Below, one piece after another: positions 53,027 through 62,251 of a DNA stretch of 64,000 bases; position 1 is the stretch's first letter; each line of letters starts with the position of its first letter. Where the stretch lies: NCBI GenBank assembly GCA_016794035.1, contig JAEUHS010000058.1, positions 14,854-78,853 on the forward strand, in the 5' to 3' direction. The stretch comes from Planctomycetota bacterium (GTDB lineage: Bacteria; Planctomycetota; UBA1135; UBA2386). Position numbers and translations under genes: made by a program. The notes below the pieces were generated by a model. That model searched no databases. It worked only from the letters and a program-made list of their open reading frames with translations, and was not told the DNA's origin.

Positions 53027-55917
53027 CGGGCCGCCTCCACGAGGGTGCCGTCGAGGTCGAGCGGCCGTTTCCATGCGCGTTCGACGGCGTCGAGCGGCAC
53101 CTTGGCGAGCCCCTTGCCGTCGTGGTGGAACACCAGCTCGGGCGCTCGGGTCAGCTCGCCGATGACCGCGAACGGCACCTGGTGCAGGTTCGCGCGCAGG
53201 TCGGCGAGGCGGTCGGGGGCGACTTCGAGCAGCAGCCGGCTCTGCGACTCGCTGAACAGGATCTGCTCGGGACGATGCACGCCCGGGCCGGTCGGGACCA
53301 GCGCCAGATCGACGCGCGCGCCGAGCCGGCCGCCGAGCGCCATCTCCGCGACCGCGACGCCGAGCCCGCCTTCGCTGAGGTCGTGCGCCGACAGCACGCA
53401 GCGCGCCGCGATCGCGCGGTGGCAGCCGATCAGCACGTCGCGGCCGAGCTGGTGGTCGACGCGCGGCACGTTCTGGCCGAGTTCGCCCTTGGTCTTGTAG
53501 TAGACGCTGCCGCCGAGTTCGTCCTTGGTGACGCCGACCAGCACCAGCAGCGAACCGGCGCGCTTGCCGTCGCTGGTCAGGGTCGCGCGCACGTCGCCGA
53601 TCACCGACATCGCGGTCACCAGGATGCAGCCGGGAATGCGGATCGTGCGGTCGGCGGCCCGGAACTCGTTGTGCAGCGAGTCCTTGCCGGACACGAACGG
53701 CGTCCGGTAGGTCATCGCCAGCGCGCACAGCGCCTCGGTCGCGCGCACCAGCTCGCCGAGCGCCTGCGGGTCGCGCGTGTTGCCCCAGCAGTAGTTGTCG
53801 AGGATCGCCGTGTAGTCCGGATCGCCGCCGGCGGCGACGAGGTTGCGCATCGCCTCGTCGAGCGAGCACTCGGCCATCGCCGCCGGATCGACCTTGCTGT
53901 AGCGCGGGTTGAGGCCGTTGCTGAGCACGACGCCGCGCAGCGAACCCAGCTTGGGCGCCAGCACCGCGGCGTCGGCAGGGCCGTCGGCGCGCACGCCGCA
54001 CAGCGGCTTGCCGGCCGAGCCGGCCTGCACCTCGTGGTCGTACTGGCGCACGATCCACTCCTTGCTGCACACCGCGTAGTCGGAGAGCACGGCCAGCAGC
54101 GCCTTGCCGCAGTCGGTCTCGGGCGGCAGCTTCGGCTCGCTGCGCGGGGGCGGCGCATAGCTCGCGTCCTGGGTGCGCACCGGCAGGCCCTGGTGCAGGA
54201 AGTGCAGATCGAGGTCGGCGTGCACCGTGCCGGCGAACGTCACCACCAGTCGCTGGCTGTCGGTGAAGTGGCCGAGCACGGTCGCCTCGCAGGCCTCCTC
54301 GCGGCAGACCTGCAGCAGCCGGTCGAGCTTCGCCGGCGGCACCGCCAGCACCATGCGTTCCTGGGCCTCGCTGATCCAGACCTCCCACGGCGCCAGTCCC
54401 TGGTACTTCAGCGGCGCGTGCTGCAGCTCGACGGCGGCGCCGAGGCCCTCGGCCATCTCGCCGATCGCCGAGCTGAAGCCGCCGGCGCCGCAGTCGGTGA
54501 TCGACGAGACCAGGTCCTCGTCGGCGCAGCGCAGCACCGCGTCCATCGCCCGGCGTTCGGTGATCGGGTCGCCGATCTGCACCGCGCCCGAACTGACCAT
54601 CTCGCTGTCGGTGTGCAGCGCGAGCGAGCTGAACGTCGCGCCGTGGATGCCGTCGCGGCCGGTGCGACCGCCGAGCGCGACGATCACGTCGCCGGGGTGC
54701 GCCTGCTTGTGCGCACGCGCGGTCGGCAACAGGCCGATGTTGCCGACGTAGACCAGCGGGTTGCCGACGAAGTCGTCGTCGAAGTGCACGCCGCCGTTGA
54801 CGGTCGGGATGCCCATCGGGTTGCCGTAGTCGCGCACGCCGGCGACCACGCCCTTGAGCACCGACAGCGGCGGCAGGCAGCCCGGTGGCACCCGGTCGGC
54901 GGGCAGGTCGGGCGGGGCGAAGCAGAACACGTCGGTGCTGGCGATCGGCCGCGCGCCGAGACCGGTGCCGAGCACGTCGCGGATCACGCCGCCGACGCCG
55001 GTGCCGGCGCCGCCGAACGGCTCGATCGCCGAGGGGCGGTTGTGGGTCTCGACCTTGATGCAGACCGAGTCCTCGTCGTCGAAGCGGATGATGCCGGCGT
55101 TGTCGACGAACACGCTGACGCAGAAGTCGCGGGCCAGCGTGTGCGTGACCCGGGCGATCGTGCTCTTCAGCAGGTTCTCGATCGTACGGCCCTCGAAACG
55201 CACGTTGCCGGTCAGGGTCTTGTGCTTGCAGTGTTCGCTCCAGGTCTGCGCCAGCGTCTCCAGCTCCATGCGCAACGGCGCGCGGCCGAGGCCGGCGAAG
55301 TGCCGCTGGATCGCCAGCATCTCGGCGCCGTCGAGCGCGAGCCCGCCGTCCTGTGACAGCCGTTCGAGGCCGGCACGGTCGAGTTGTGCCAGCGGCACCG
55401 GCAGAGCGCGCAGATCCGGCAGCGGCGGCTCACCGGGCAGGCCGGCGGGCAGCGCGTCGAGCAGGACCTCCTGCACCACGGCGTTGGCCAGCGCCTTCCT
55501 GGCCACCTGCAGCAGGCGCGCCGGATCGACGCGGCCGCGCACGTCGTAGACGCGGTAGGTGCCGGTGGCCACGACCGGCAGCCGCAGGTCGGCCAGCGAC
55601 TTCTGCACCGAGTGTGCCACCGGGTCGGTGACACCGGGGCGTGGCACCACGGCGACCGCATGCCGGCCGGCCGGCGGCGGCGGCGTCGCCCCGGGCGCAT
55701 GCAGCACGAACTCGTCGACGACCGGATCGCACAGCACCGCGGCGGCGAACGCGCGCACCTGCGCTTCGGTCAGCTCGGCCGCGAGCAGGTAGCCGCGCCG
55801 GCTGCGCACGTCCTCGACGCCGTCGAGTGCCGCCGCCCGCAGCGCGCGCAGCGCCGAAGCGCCCATGGGATCCTGCTGATCGGACCTCACGACGACATCG
55901 ATGCGCCACGCCTGCAT
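53023..55917 (-). CDS. purL: Phosphoribosylformylglycinamidine synthase subunit PurL with a fused N-terminal PurS-like domain
   Basis: The N-terminal roughly 80 aa (MQAWRIDVVVRSDQQDPMGASALRAL...LCDPVVDEF) is PurS-like. PurL blocks follow: ETLAQTWSEHCKHKT, ETHNRPSAIEPFGGAGTGVGGVIRD and GGRTGRDGIHGATFSS. An alternative GTG start lies at 55926. Confidence 0.9.
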   Translation of the reverse strand: MQAWRIDVVVRSDQQDPMGASALRALRAAALDGVEDVRSRRGYLLAAELTEAQVRAFAAAVLCDPVVDEFVLHAPGATPPPPAGRHAVAVVPRPGVTDPVAHSVQKSLADLRLPVVATGTYRVYDVRGRVDPARLLQVARKALANAVVQEVLLDALPAGLPGEPPLPDLRALPVPLAQLDRAGLERLSQDGGLALDGAEMLAIQRHFAGLGRAPLRMELETLAQTWSEHCKHKTLTGNVRFEGRTIENLLKSTIARVTHTLARDFCVSVFVDNAGIIRFDDEDSVCIKVETHNRPSAIEPFGGAGTGVGGVIRDVLGTGLGARPIASTDVFCFAPPDLPADRVPPGCLPPLSVLKGVVAGVRDYGNPMGIPTVNGGVHFDDDFVGNPLVYVGNIGLLPTARAHKQAHPGDVIVALGGRTGRDGIHGATFSSLALHTDSEMVSSGAVQIGDPITERRAMDAVLRCADEDLVSSITDCGAGGFSSAIGEMAEGLGAAVELQHAPLKYQGLAPWEVWISEAQERMVLAVPPAKLDRLLQVCREEACEATVLGHFTDSQRLVVTFAGTVHADLDLHFLHQGLPVRTQDASYAPPPRSEPKLPPETDCGKALLAVLSDYAVCSKEWIVRQYDHEVQAGSAGKPLCGVRADGPADAAVLAPKLGSLRGVVLSNGLNPRYSKVDPAAMAECSLDEAMRNLVAAGGDPDYTAILDNYCWGNTRDPQALGELVRATEALCALAMTYRTPFVSGKDSLHNEFRAADRTIRIPGCILVTAMSVIGDVRATLTSDGKRAGSLLVLVGVTKDELGGSVYYKTKGELGQNVPRVDHQLGRDVLIGCHRAIAARCVLSAHDLSEGGLGVAVAEMALGGRLGARVDLALVPTGPGVHRPEQILFSESQSRLLLEVAPDRLADLRANLHQVPFAVIGELTRAPELVFHHDGKGLAKVPLDAVERAWKRPLDLDGTLVEAAR

Positions 55918-56090
55918 GGGCGGCACGATGCCGGTCGGTCATCGGTGGTGCAAGCACGCGGCGCCGCGGAATGCGGCTCGCCGGACATCTGCGCTTTCCG
56001 CTGCGCGGCCCGCATCTGACCACCACACCGGCGCGTGCGCGCGGGTAGACTCCTGGGCCGCCACACCTGTCCCGCCGCCCGATCCGCACC

Positions 56091-57992
56091 ATGCAACGCA
56101 GTCTCGCCTTCGTCACCAGCTTCCTCCTGTTCGTCGCCGCCGCGGCCGCCCAGTGCCTGAGCGTCGCCAGTCCCGGCAGCACGCTCGGCTCCGGCGACGA
56201 GACGCTGTTCGGCCCCGTCGCGATGGGGATCTCGTTCCCGATGGCGGGCGCCGGTGGCCCGTTCACGCACTGCGTCGTCAACACCAACGGCGTGCTCTAC
56301 CTGACCACCGGCGGGGCGGCGGTCGACGCCAACCTGTTCCAGTGGGGCGACACGCCCTCGATCCTGTCCGGGGCCGCCGGCGCGTCGCCGCGCATCGCTC
56401 CGTTCCTGGCGGACCTGGTGACGACGGGCCCGGCTGGCTTCGTCGCCATCGACACCACCGTCCCAGGCCGCTGTGCCGTGACCTGGGTGCAGGCCAAGGA
56501 GTTCCTCGGCGCCGCGACCAAGAACGTGCGCGCCGAACTGTTCAGCAGCGGCGAGATCCGTTTCTCCTACGCGGCGGGCCTCACCTGCGAGTCGCTGCCG
56601 GCGCTGGTCGGCGTGTCGATCGGCAACGCGACCGCGCTGCCGGCGGCCAGCGACCTGTCGGCGGCGCCGCTGACGGCGACCGGCATCACCTGGCAGCAGT
56701 TCGACCCGGCGCTGGTGCCATTCGATCTCGGCGGCACGACGATCGCGTTCACGCCGAGTGGCGCCGGCTACCAGGTCGCCACCGTGTGCGAGGCGGCTTC
56801 GCACCAGGCCTACGGCGCCGGCTGCTATGCGATCGCCCGCGAGTCGTTCTACCAGTCCTTCCCGACCGCGGCGGCCGCGGCCGCGGCGCTGAACGGCCAG
56901 TCGATGCGTCTGCAGCCGACTGCGAACGGCTACAGCGTGACGTGGGGCGGCGGCAGCTACGTCGCGCCGACCATCGCGGCGGTCGCGCTGCCGCTCGGGG
57001 ACGACGACCAGACCGTGATCACGCCGACGATCCCGTTCCCGGTCGGCGGTGGCGCCGCGACGCAGTTGTTCGTGCACGCGAACGGCTTCGTGTCGACGGC
57101 CAGCGGCAACGACGATGGCCCGTGGAACCCACCCTCGCTCACCGACTACACGCCGAGCGCGCAGTTCCGCAACGCGCCGGCGACCGCGTTCTGGTCGTGG
57201 CACGACTACGACCCGACCTCGGGCATCGGCCGCGTCAAGCGTGAGCAGGCGGTGGTCGGGCCCGACACGATCCTCTACGTGACCTGGGACGCGGTCGAGA
57301 GCTACGCGGTGCCGGAGACGGCGAACCCGAGCACGTTCCAGTTCCAGTTCAACCTGACGACCGGCTCCGTCACCTACGTGTGGCAGAACCTGACCGCGAT
57401 CGGCACCGGTCAGAGCCCGACGTTCCCCGAGTCGCACCTGATCGGCTTCTCGCCGGGCGGCGCGTCGTTCGATCCGGGCTCGATCACGCTGGCGACCGCG
57501 CTGCCGCTGACGACGACGCCCGACCTCCTGCCGCTGGTCCTGTCCGCGTCGCCGGCGCCGATCATCAGCGGTGGTGGCACGGGCCCGGCGGCGCTGTGCA
57601 CCTACACGGTCGGCAACGTGCCGGAGTTCGATCCGACCGGGCTGCCCGGCATCGGCGCCTGCACGCTGGTCTGGAGCGTCGCCGGCGCGATTCCGGGTGG
57701 CGTCGATCTCGGCACGTTCCCGACGGACATCGGCATGCCGGGCTGTCCGCTCCATGTCCTCAGCGCCGACGCGTTCGTCGACATCAGCGGGCCGATCGTC
57801 GGTGGCGCCGGCGGCACGCGCAGCTTCTCGATCGCGATGCCGCAGCCGCTGACGCCCGGCCTGGAGTTCTTCGTGCAGGCCTTGTCGCTGCTGCCCGCGG
57901 GCACGCCGGCCGGTGGTTCGAACAACCTGGTCGGCACGCCGTACGGCGCCCGCACCAGCAACGGCCTCGAGATCCACTACCAGCTGTTCTAG
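56091..57992 (+). CDS. Secreted hypothetical protein, possibly with two NIDO-like domains; C-terminus ends in Phe
   Basis: 633 aa with signal MQRSLAFVTSFLLFVAAAAAQ. Segments FPMAGAGGPFTHCVVNTNGVLYL...RIAPFLADL and FPVGGGAATQLFVHANGFVST...FWSWHDYD recall NIDO-type domains, but this is weak. The end is ...GLEIHYQLF. Confidence 0.5.
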   Translation: MQRSLAFVTSFLLFVAAAAAQCLSVASPGSTLGSGDETLFGPVAMGISFPMAGAGGPFTHCVVNTNGVLYLTTGGAAVDANLFQWGDTPSILSGAAGASPRIAPFLADLVTTGPAGFVAIDTTVPGRCAVTWVQAKEFLGAATKNVRAELFSSGEIRFSYAAGLTCESLPALVGVSIGNATALPAASDLSAAPLTATGITWQQFDPALVPFDLGGTTIAFTPSGAGYQVATVCEAASHQAYGAGCYAIARESFYQSFPTAAAAAAALNGQSMRLQPTANGYSVTWGGGSYVAPTIAAVALPLGDDDQTVITPTIPFPVGGGAATQLFVHANGFVSTASGNDDGPWNPPSLTDYTPSAQFRNAPATAFWSWHDYDPTSGIGRVKREQAVVGPDTILYVTWDAVESYAVPETANPSTFQFQFNLTTGSVTYVWQNLTAIGTGQSPTFPESHLIGFSPGGASFDPGSITLATALPLTTTPDLLPLVLSASPAPIISGGGTGPAALCTYTVGNVPEFDPTGLPGIGACTLVWSVAGAIPGGVDLGTFPTDIGMPGCPLHVLSADAFVDISGPIVGGAGGTRSFSIAMPQPLTPGLEFFVQALSLLPAGTPAGGSNNLVGTPYGARTSNGLEIHYQLF

Positions 57993-58013
57993 CCGCCGGT
58001 CTGGGGCGCCCGT

Positions 58014-58037
58014 CGCCGGTTCGCGACGCGACCGGCG
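58014..58037 (+). terminator. Candidate hairpin terminator
   Basis: CGCCGGTTCGCGACGCGACCGGCG forms an imperfect palindrome of about 10 bp with one bulge, 22 nt after the TAG at 57990-57992. There is no U-tract. Confidence 0.3.
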
Positions 58038-58177
58038 TCCGGCCGTCGGGTTCCACCGTGCGGACACGGACCCCGCGGCATGGAACCCGGTGCGACCCGG
58101 CCTCTCGCCGCTGAGCTGCGGCGCGCAGCGCCGGCAGCTCCAGCATGGGCGGGCGTAGCCGCGACCCCGCGCGTTCC

Positions 58178-58993
58178 CTAGTAGCTCTCGCTGCTGTCCG
58201 GGAACGAGCCGCTGCGCACGTCGTCGCAGTAGTCCGCGACGGCCTTGCCGATCGTGTCGGCGAGTTCGAGGTAGCGCCGCGCGAAGCGGGGCTTGAAGCG
58301 CGTGAACAGGCCGAGCAGGTCGTGGGTCACCAGGATCTGGCCATCGACGTGTGGCCCGGCACCGATGCCGATCACCGGGATCTGCACGGCCGCCGCGGTC
58401 TCCTTGCCGAGTTCGGCGGGCACTTTCTCGAGCACCAGCGCGAATGCGCCCGCCTGCTCGAGTGCCCGGGCGTCGTCGACGATGCGCCGGTGCTCGTCGG
58501 CGTCCTGGCCACGCGCGCGGTAGCTGCCGAACTGGTGGATGCTCTGCGGCGTCAGGCCGAGGTGGCCCATCACCGGGATGCCGGCGTCGACCAGCCGCTG
58601 CACGGTCGGCGCGAACGCCGCGCCACCTTCGAGCTTGACCGCCTCGGCCAGGCCTTCCTTCAGCAGGCGGCCGGCGTTGCGCAGCGCGTCCTCGGGGCAG
58701 ACCTGGTAGCTCAGGAACGGCATGTCACCGACGACGAGCGCGCGCTGGGCCGCGCGGCCGACCAGTTCGCAGTGATAGACCATCTGGTCCATCGTCACGG
58801 GCACCGTCGTGTCGCGGCCCTGCAGCACCGTCGCGACGGAGTCGCCGACCAGCAGCACGTCGACGCCGGCGCGGTCGAGCAGGCCGGCGAACAGGTGGTC
58901 GTAGGCGGTCAGCGCCGTGATGCGCTCGCGCCGGGCCTTCTGCGCGCGCAGCGTGGCGGTGGTGACCTTCGGGCTGCTGGCGGGACTGCTCAC
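58178..58993 (-). CDS. panB: 3-methyl-2-oxobutanoate hydroxymethyltransferase
   Basis: Motifs are ITALTAYDHLFAGLLDRAGVDVLLVGDSVATVLQG, VVGDMPF, VKLEGG and GHLGLTPQS. I prefer the in-frame GTG at 58993. The track start at 59071 would overlap pcnB by 68 nt. Confidence 0.85.
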   Translation of the reverse strand: MSSPASSPKVTTATLRAQKARRERITALTAYDHLFAGLLDRAGVDVLLVGDSVATVLQGRDTTVPVTMDQMVYHCELVGRAAQRALVVGDMPFLSYQVCPEDALRNAGRLLKEGLAEAVKLEGGAAFAPTVQRLVDAGIPVMGHLGLTPQSIHQFGSYRARGQDADEHRRIVDDARALEQAGAFALVLEKVPAELGKETAAAVQIPVIGIGAGPHVDGQILVTHDLLGLFTRFKPRFARRYLELADTIGKAVADYCDDVRSGSFPDSSESY

Positions 58994-59003
58994 CGGACGG
59001 GGC

Positions 59004-61541
59004 TCACCAGTCGCCGAAGGTGTCGGGGTCGTCGCTCGGCGGCGGCGGCGGCGGCGCGCTCGGGCCCGCATCGCTGCCGGGCGGCGGCGGCGGCTTGTAG
59101 TCGTCGACCCCGTCCTGTGGCACGCGCGGGCCGCGGCGCTTGGGTCGGCCCTGGCCTTCGACGATGCTGCCGAAGGTCGGCACGCGCTTGGGATCCAGTT
59201 CGACGTCGAACGCGGACAGGTCGAGCGGCGCCGGTTCGATCACGTCGACTTTGCCGCGGCGGTCGCGGTAGCGCGGCACCACGTCCACGTCGCGCGGGTT
59301 CGGCGCACCGCGACGGCGGTGCTCGCGCGAGTCGCGCCGGCCGTTGCGGCCGCGGTGCTCGCGCGGGGGGCGCGGCGGCTGGGGTTGCTGGCGCGGCGCC
59401 TGCGCCTGCTGCTGTGGTTGCTGGTGCGGTTCGCCGCCGCCCTGGCCGTCGCGGTTGCGACCGCGCCGGCCGCGTCGGCGGCGTCGGCGGCCGCCCTCGC
59501 GACCGGCATCGCCAGGGGCGGCGCCAGTCTCGGGCGCCGCCTCGCTGTCCAGAGCGGCGTCGGCGTCGCCGGGCTCGGACGCGAGCACTTCCGGATCGAT
59601 GACGACGTCCTCGTCGGTCAGCCGATCGTGGTGGGCCTCGGCGTCGAGCGCCTCGCCGTGGGGGGCGGGCGCATCGCTGGGCGGAAAGCGCGCCTCGTCG
59701 CGCGGACCGCGTCCGCGCCGTCCGCGCCGCCGGCGCCGGCGCCCGCGCGGTTCGCTCTGGGCCGCGACGCCCGGGTCGTGCTCGCCGGCGGGCTCGTCGA
59801 TGGGCTCGTCGACGGGGCTCGGGTAGCGGCCGTCGTCGAGGTACTCCTCGCGCGGCTGCCTACCGTCGTCGCCTTCGTCGGCGTCGCCGAAGGGCAGCCT
59901 CGCCTGGGCCGGCATCGGCGCGTCGGCCGGCGCGCGATCGCCGTCGTCGAGTGCGTCGTCGAGATCGCCGCGCGGCGCGTCGGCCGGGGCGTCGCGTTCG
60001 CCGCGGCCGCGGCCGCGCCGCCGTCGGCGTCGGCGCCGCCTGGCGGGCCGATCTCCCGGTTCGCCCGCGGTCGTCGCGTCGTCGGCCACCGCGTCGTCGG
60101 CCGTCGCGTCGTCCTCGCCGCGAGGCGGTTCCGCGTCGTCGCGCGGCGGGCGGGGGATCGCGGCGCGTGGCAGCACGCGCTCGACGCCAGCCTCGTCGTC
60201 CGCCAGGCCGGCGTCGGCATCCGGCGGCAGGTCGTCGTCGGGTTCGTGCGCGCCGGACTCGTCGTCGTAGGCGGCGGCGTGGCGGCTGCCGCGATCGGCG
60301 AGCTGTTGCCATTCGTCGACGGGGACGCTGCTCTGGCCGAGCGCCTGCGTGCGCAGTTCGAACAGTTCCAGCGCTTCGTCGAAGTAGGGGCCCTGGACGA
60401 ACCCGGCGACGCGGAATCGCTTGCCGGGCTGCAGGAACCGGTGCTGCACGCCACAGATGCGCTTCAGGCAGCCGGCGTCGCGGCGCGGCAGTCGCAGCGC
60501 CAGGCTCAGCGGGCCGAGCAGTTCCTCGGCGACCGACGACGGGCTGCGGCCGGGGCTCTGTTCGACGCGCGCGAGCACCGGGCAGACCAGCAGCACGCCG
60601 AGCAGCACCGCGTTCGACGGCACGTGGCCACCTTGCACGCGATGGTCGAGCGCTTCGAGCAGGCGCCAGAACTCGACGCGCTGTTCGTGGCGGGCGCCCT
60701 GCAGGAAGTCCGCGAGCACCGGCACGATCGAGCGCAGCGCGCCGACGTCGCGCAGCAGCTGGAACGAATCCAGCGCGTGGCCGCCGCGCAGCAGGCGCAG
60801 CACCTCTTCGAGCAGGCGGGGCGGTGCGGCGCGCACCAGGTCGCACGACGTCTCGGCCATCGCGGCGAACGTCTCGGGCTCGATCGAGAAGCCGAGCCGA
60901 CCCGCGAACTTGGCCGCGCGCAGGATGCGCACCGGGTCCTCGCGGAAGCGCACGCGCGGATCGCCGATGGTGCGGATCACGCGGGCGTGCAGGTCGTCGA
61001 GGCCGTTGGTCCAGTCGAGGATGCGGTCGCTGGTGGGATCGAGGAACAGCGCGTTGACCGTGAAGTCGCGGCGCATCGCGTCTTCCTCGGCGGTGCCGAA
61101 TTCGTTGTCGCGCGTGATCAGCAGGTCGTCGTCACCGTTCTCGCCCTGCGGCCCGTTGCCGGGCTGCGGCGTGGTGCGGAACGTCGAGCACTCGAGGATC
61201 TTCGTGTTGTCGTGGAAGTGCAGGTGCGCGAGCTTGAAGCGGCGGCCGATGATGCGGCAGTTGCGCGGGAACACGCGCTTGACCTGCTGCGGACGCGCAC
61301 CGGTGGCGATGTCGTAGTCCTTGGCCGGACGCCCGAGCAGCAGGTCGCGCACGCAGCCGCCGACCAGGTACGCTTCGAAACCCCGCGAGATGAGGCGCTG
61401 CGTGGCGCGCACGGCGTCGGAGTCGAGTCGGCCGAGGTCGGCGCCGGTCGGGGAGAGGATCGTAGGTTCGATCGTCGGAATCCCTTGGAAGGGGGATGGA
61501 TGGAAAGGCCGAGGGTTTACTGGGGCGAACCCGCTCGGCAC
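59004..61541 (-). CDS. pcnB: Poly(A) polymerase / tRNA nucleotidyltransferase family (PcnB-like) with a roughly 430-aa acidic/arginine-rich C-terminal extension
   Basis: The catalytic part is GFEAYLVGGCVRDLLLGRPAKDYDIATGARPQQVKRVFPRNCRIIGRRFKLAHLHF. The C-terminal half is low-complexity D/E/P/A with three R-rich blocks ([39 protein letters not shown]). The start is uncertain. Codons 61413-61541 have low GC3, so the GTG at 61412 is an alternative start. Confidence 0.7.
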   Translation of the reverse strand: MPSGFAPVNPRPFHPSPFQGIPTIEPTILSPTGADLGRLDSDAVRATQRLISRGFEAYLVGGCVRDLLLGRPAKDYDIATGARPQQVKRVFPRNCRIIGRRFKLAHLHFHDNTKILECSTFRTTPQPGNGPQGENGDDDLLITRDNEFGTAEEDAMRRDFTVNALFLDPTSDRILDWTNGLDDLHARVIRTIGDPRVRFREDPVRILRAAKFAGRLGFSIEPETFAAMAETSCDLVRAAPPRLLEEVLRLLRGGHALDSFQLLRDVGALRSIVPVLADFLQGARHEQRVEFWRLLEALDHRVQGGHVPSNAVLLGVLLVCPVLARVEQSPGRSPSSVAEELLGPLSLALRLPRRDAGCLKRICGVQHRFLQPGKRFRVAGFVQGPYFDEALELFELRTQALGQSSVPVDEWQQLADRGSRHAAAYDDESGAHEPDDDLPPDADAGLADDEAGVERVLPRAAIPRPPRDDAEPPRGEDDATADDAVADDATTAGEPGDRPARRRRRRRRRGRGRGERDAPADAPRGDLDDALDDGDRAPADAPMPAQARLPFGDADEGDDGRQPREEYLDDGRYPSPVDEPIDEPAGEHDPGVAAQSEPRGRRRRRRGRRGRGPRDEARFPPSDAPAPHGEALDAEAHHDRLTDEDVVIDPEVLASEPGDADAALDSEAAPETGAAPGDAGREGGRRRRRRGRRGRNRDGQGGGEPHQQPQQQAQAPRQQPQPPRPPREHRGRNGRRDSREHRRRGAPNPRDVDVVPRYRDRRGKVDVIEPAPLDLSAFDVELDPKRVPTFGSIVEGQGRPKRRGPRVPQDGVDDYKPPPPPGSDAGPSAPPPPPPSDDPDTFGDW

Positions 61542-61575
61542 AACCAGATTATCCGGATGCGGCGAGAGACGGGCC

Positions 61576-62244
61576 TCACAACTGCAGGCCGCCGTCGATC
61601 GTCAGCACCTGGCCGGTCAGGTAGGCGGCGTCCGGCGACAGCAGGTGGCGGACCGTGCCGAGCACGTCGGCGGGGCCGCCGAGTCGCCCGGCCGGCACCC
61701 GCGGCAGCAGGCGCCGCTGGCTGTCCCGGTGGCTGTGCGGATGCTCGATCAGGCCCGGCGCGATCACGTTCACGGTGATGCCGGCGGCGGCGACCTCGAG
61801 CGCGAGCGAGCGCGCCAGCTGCACGACCGCGGCCTTGGCCGCGAAATACACCGGCGCCCGGCGCATGCCACGGGCGCGATCGACGCCGGCGGCGGCGAAC
61901 AGGATCACGCGGCCGGGGCGGTCGGCGGCGACCATCGCCGGCACGACCGCCTGCAGCGTGTGGAACACCGTGTCGACGTTGCTGGCGAACAGGTGGCGGT
62001 AGGTCGCCGGATCGGTGCCGAGCAGCGGCCGTTCGGCGAAGTCGCCGACGCAGTGCACCAGCGCGTAGGGGGCGCCGTGCTGCTGCACGAATGCCGCGAA
62101 CGCGCGCTGCACCGCCGCGGGGTCGGTGGCGTCGGTGCCGGTGCGGCGCGTCCACACCGTGCAGCGGCCGGCGTACTCGGCGGCGAGGGCTCTGCCGATG
62201 CCCTGGCCGCCGCCGACGATCAGCACGTGCTCGGCGGCGGTCAC
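61576..62244 (-). CDS. Short-chain dehydrogenase/reductase (SDR)
   Basis: 222 aa. VLIVGGGQGIGRAL is the Rossmann motif, followed by the YFAAKAA catalytic YxxxK and VNVIAPGLI. Confidence 0.85.
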   Translation of the reverse strand: MTAAEHVLIVGGGQGIGRALAAEYAGRCTVWTRRTGTDATDPAAVQRAFAAFVQQHGAPYALVHCVGDFAERPLLGTDPATYRHLFASNVDTVFHTLQAVVPAMVAADRPGRVILFAAAGVDRARGMRRAPVYFAAKAAVVQLARSLALEVAAAGITVNVIAPGLIEHPHSHRDSQRRLLPRVPAGRLGGPADVLGTVRHLLSPDAAYLTGQVLTIDGGLQL

Positions 62245-62251
62245 GGACGGC

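Noticed and set aside
55927-56090. The purL upstream region, checked for a ZTP/pfl-type or other purine-related riboswitch.
   Set aside because: I found no match to the conserved ZTP core or pseudoknot sequences on the relevant strand.
61440-61575. A lower-GC3 stretch containing GGTTCGATCGTCGGAATCCC, considered as a tRNA or small RNA.
   Set aside because: I could draw no acceptor stem, D-arm or anticodon arm on either strand. It is more simply the 5' leader or mis-extended N-terminus of pcnB.
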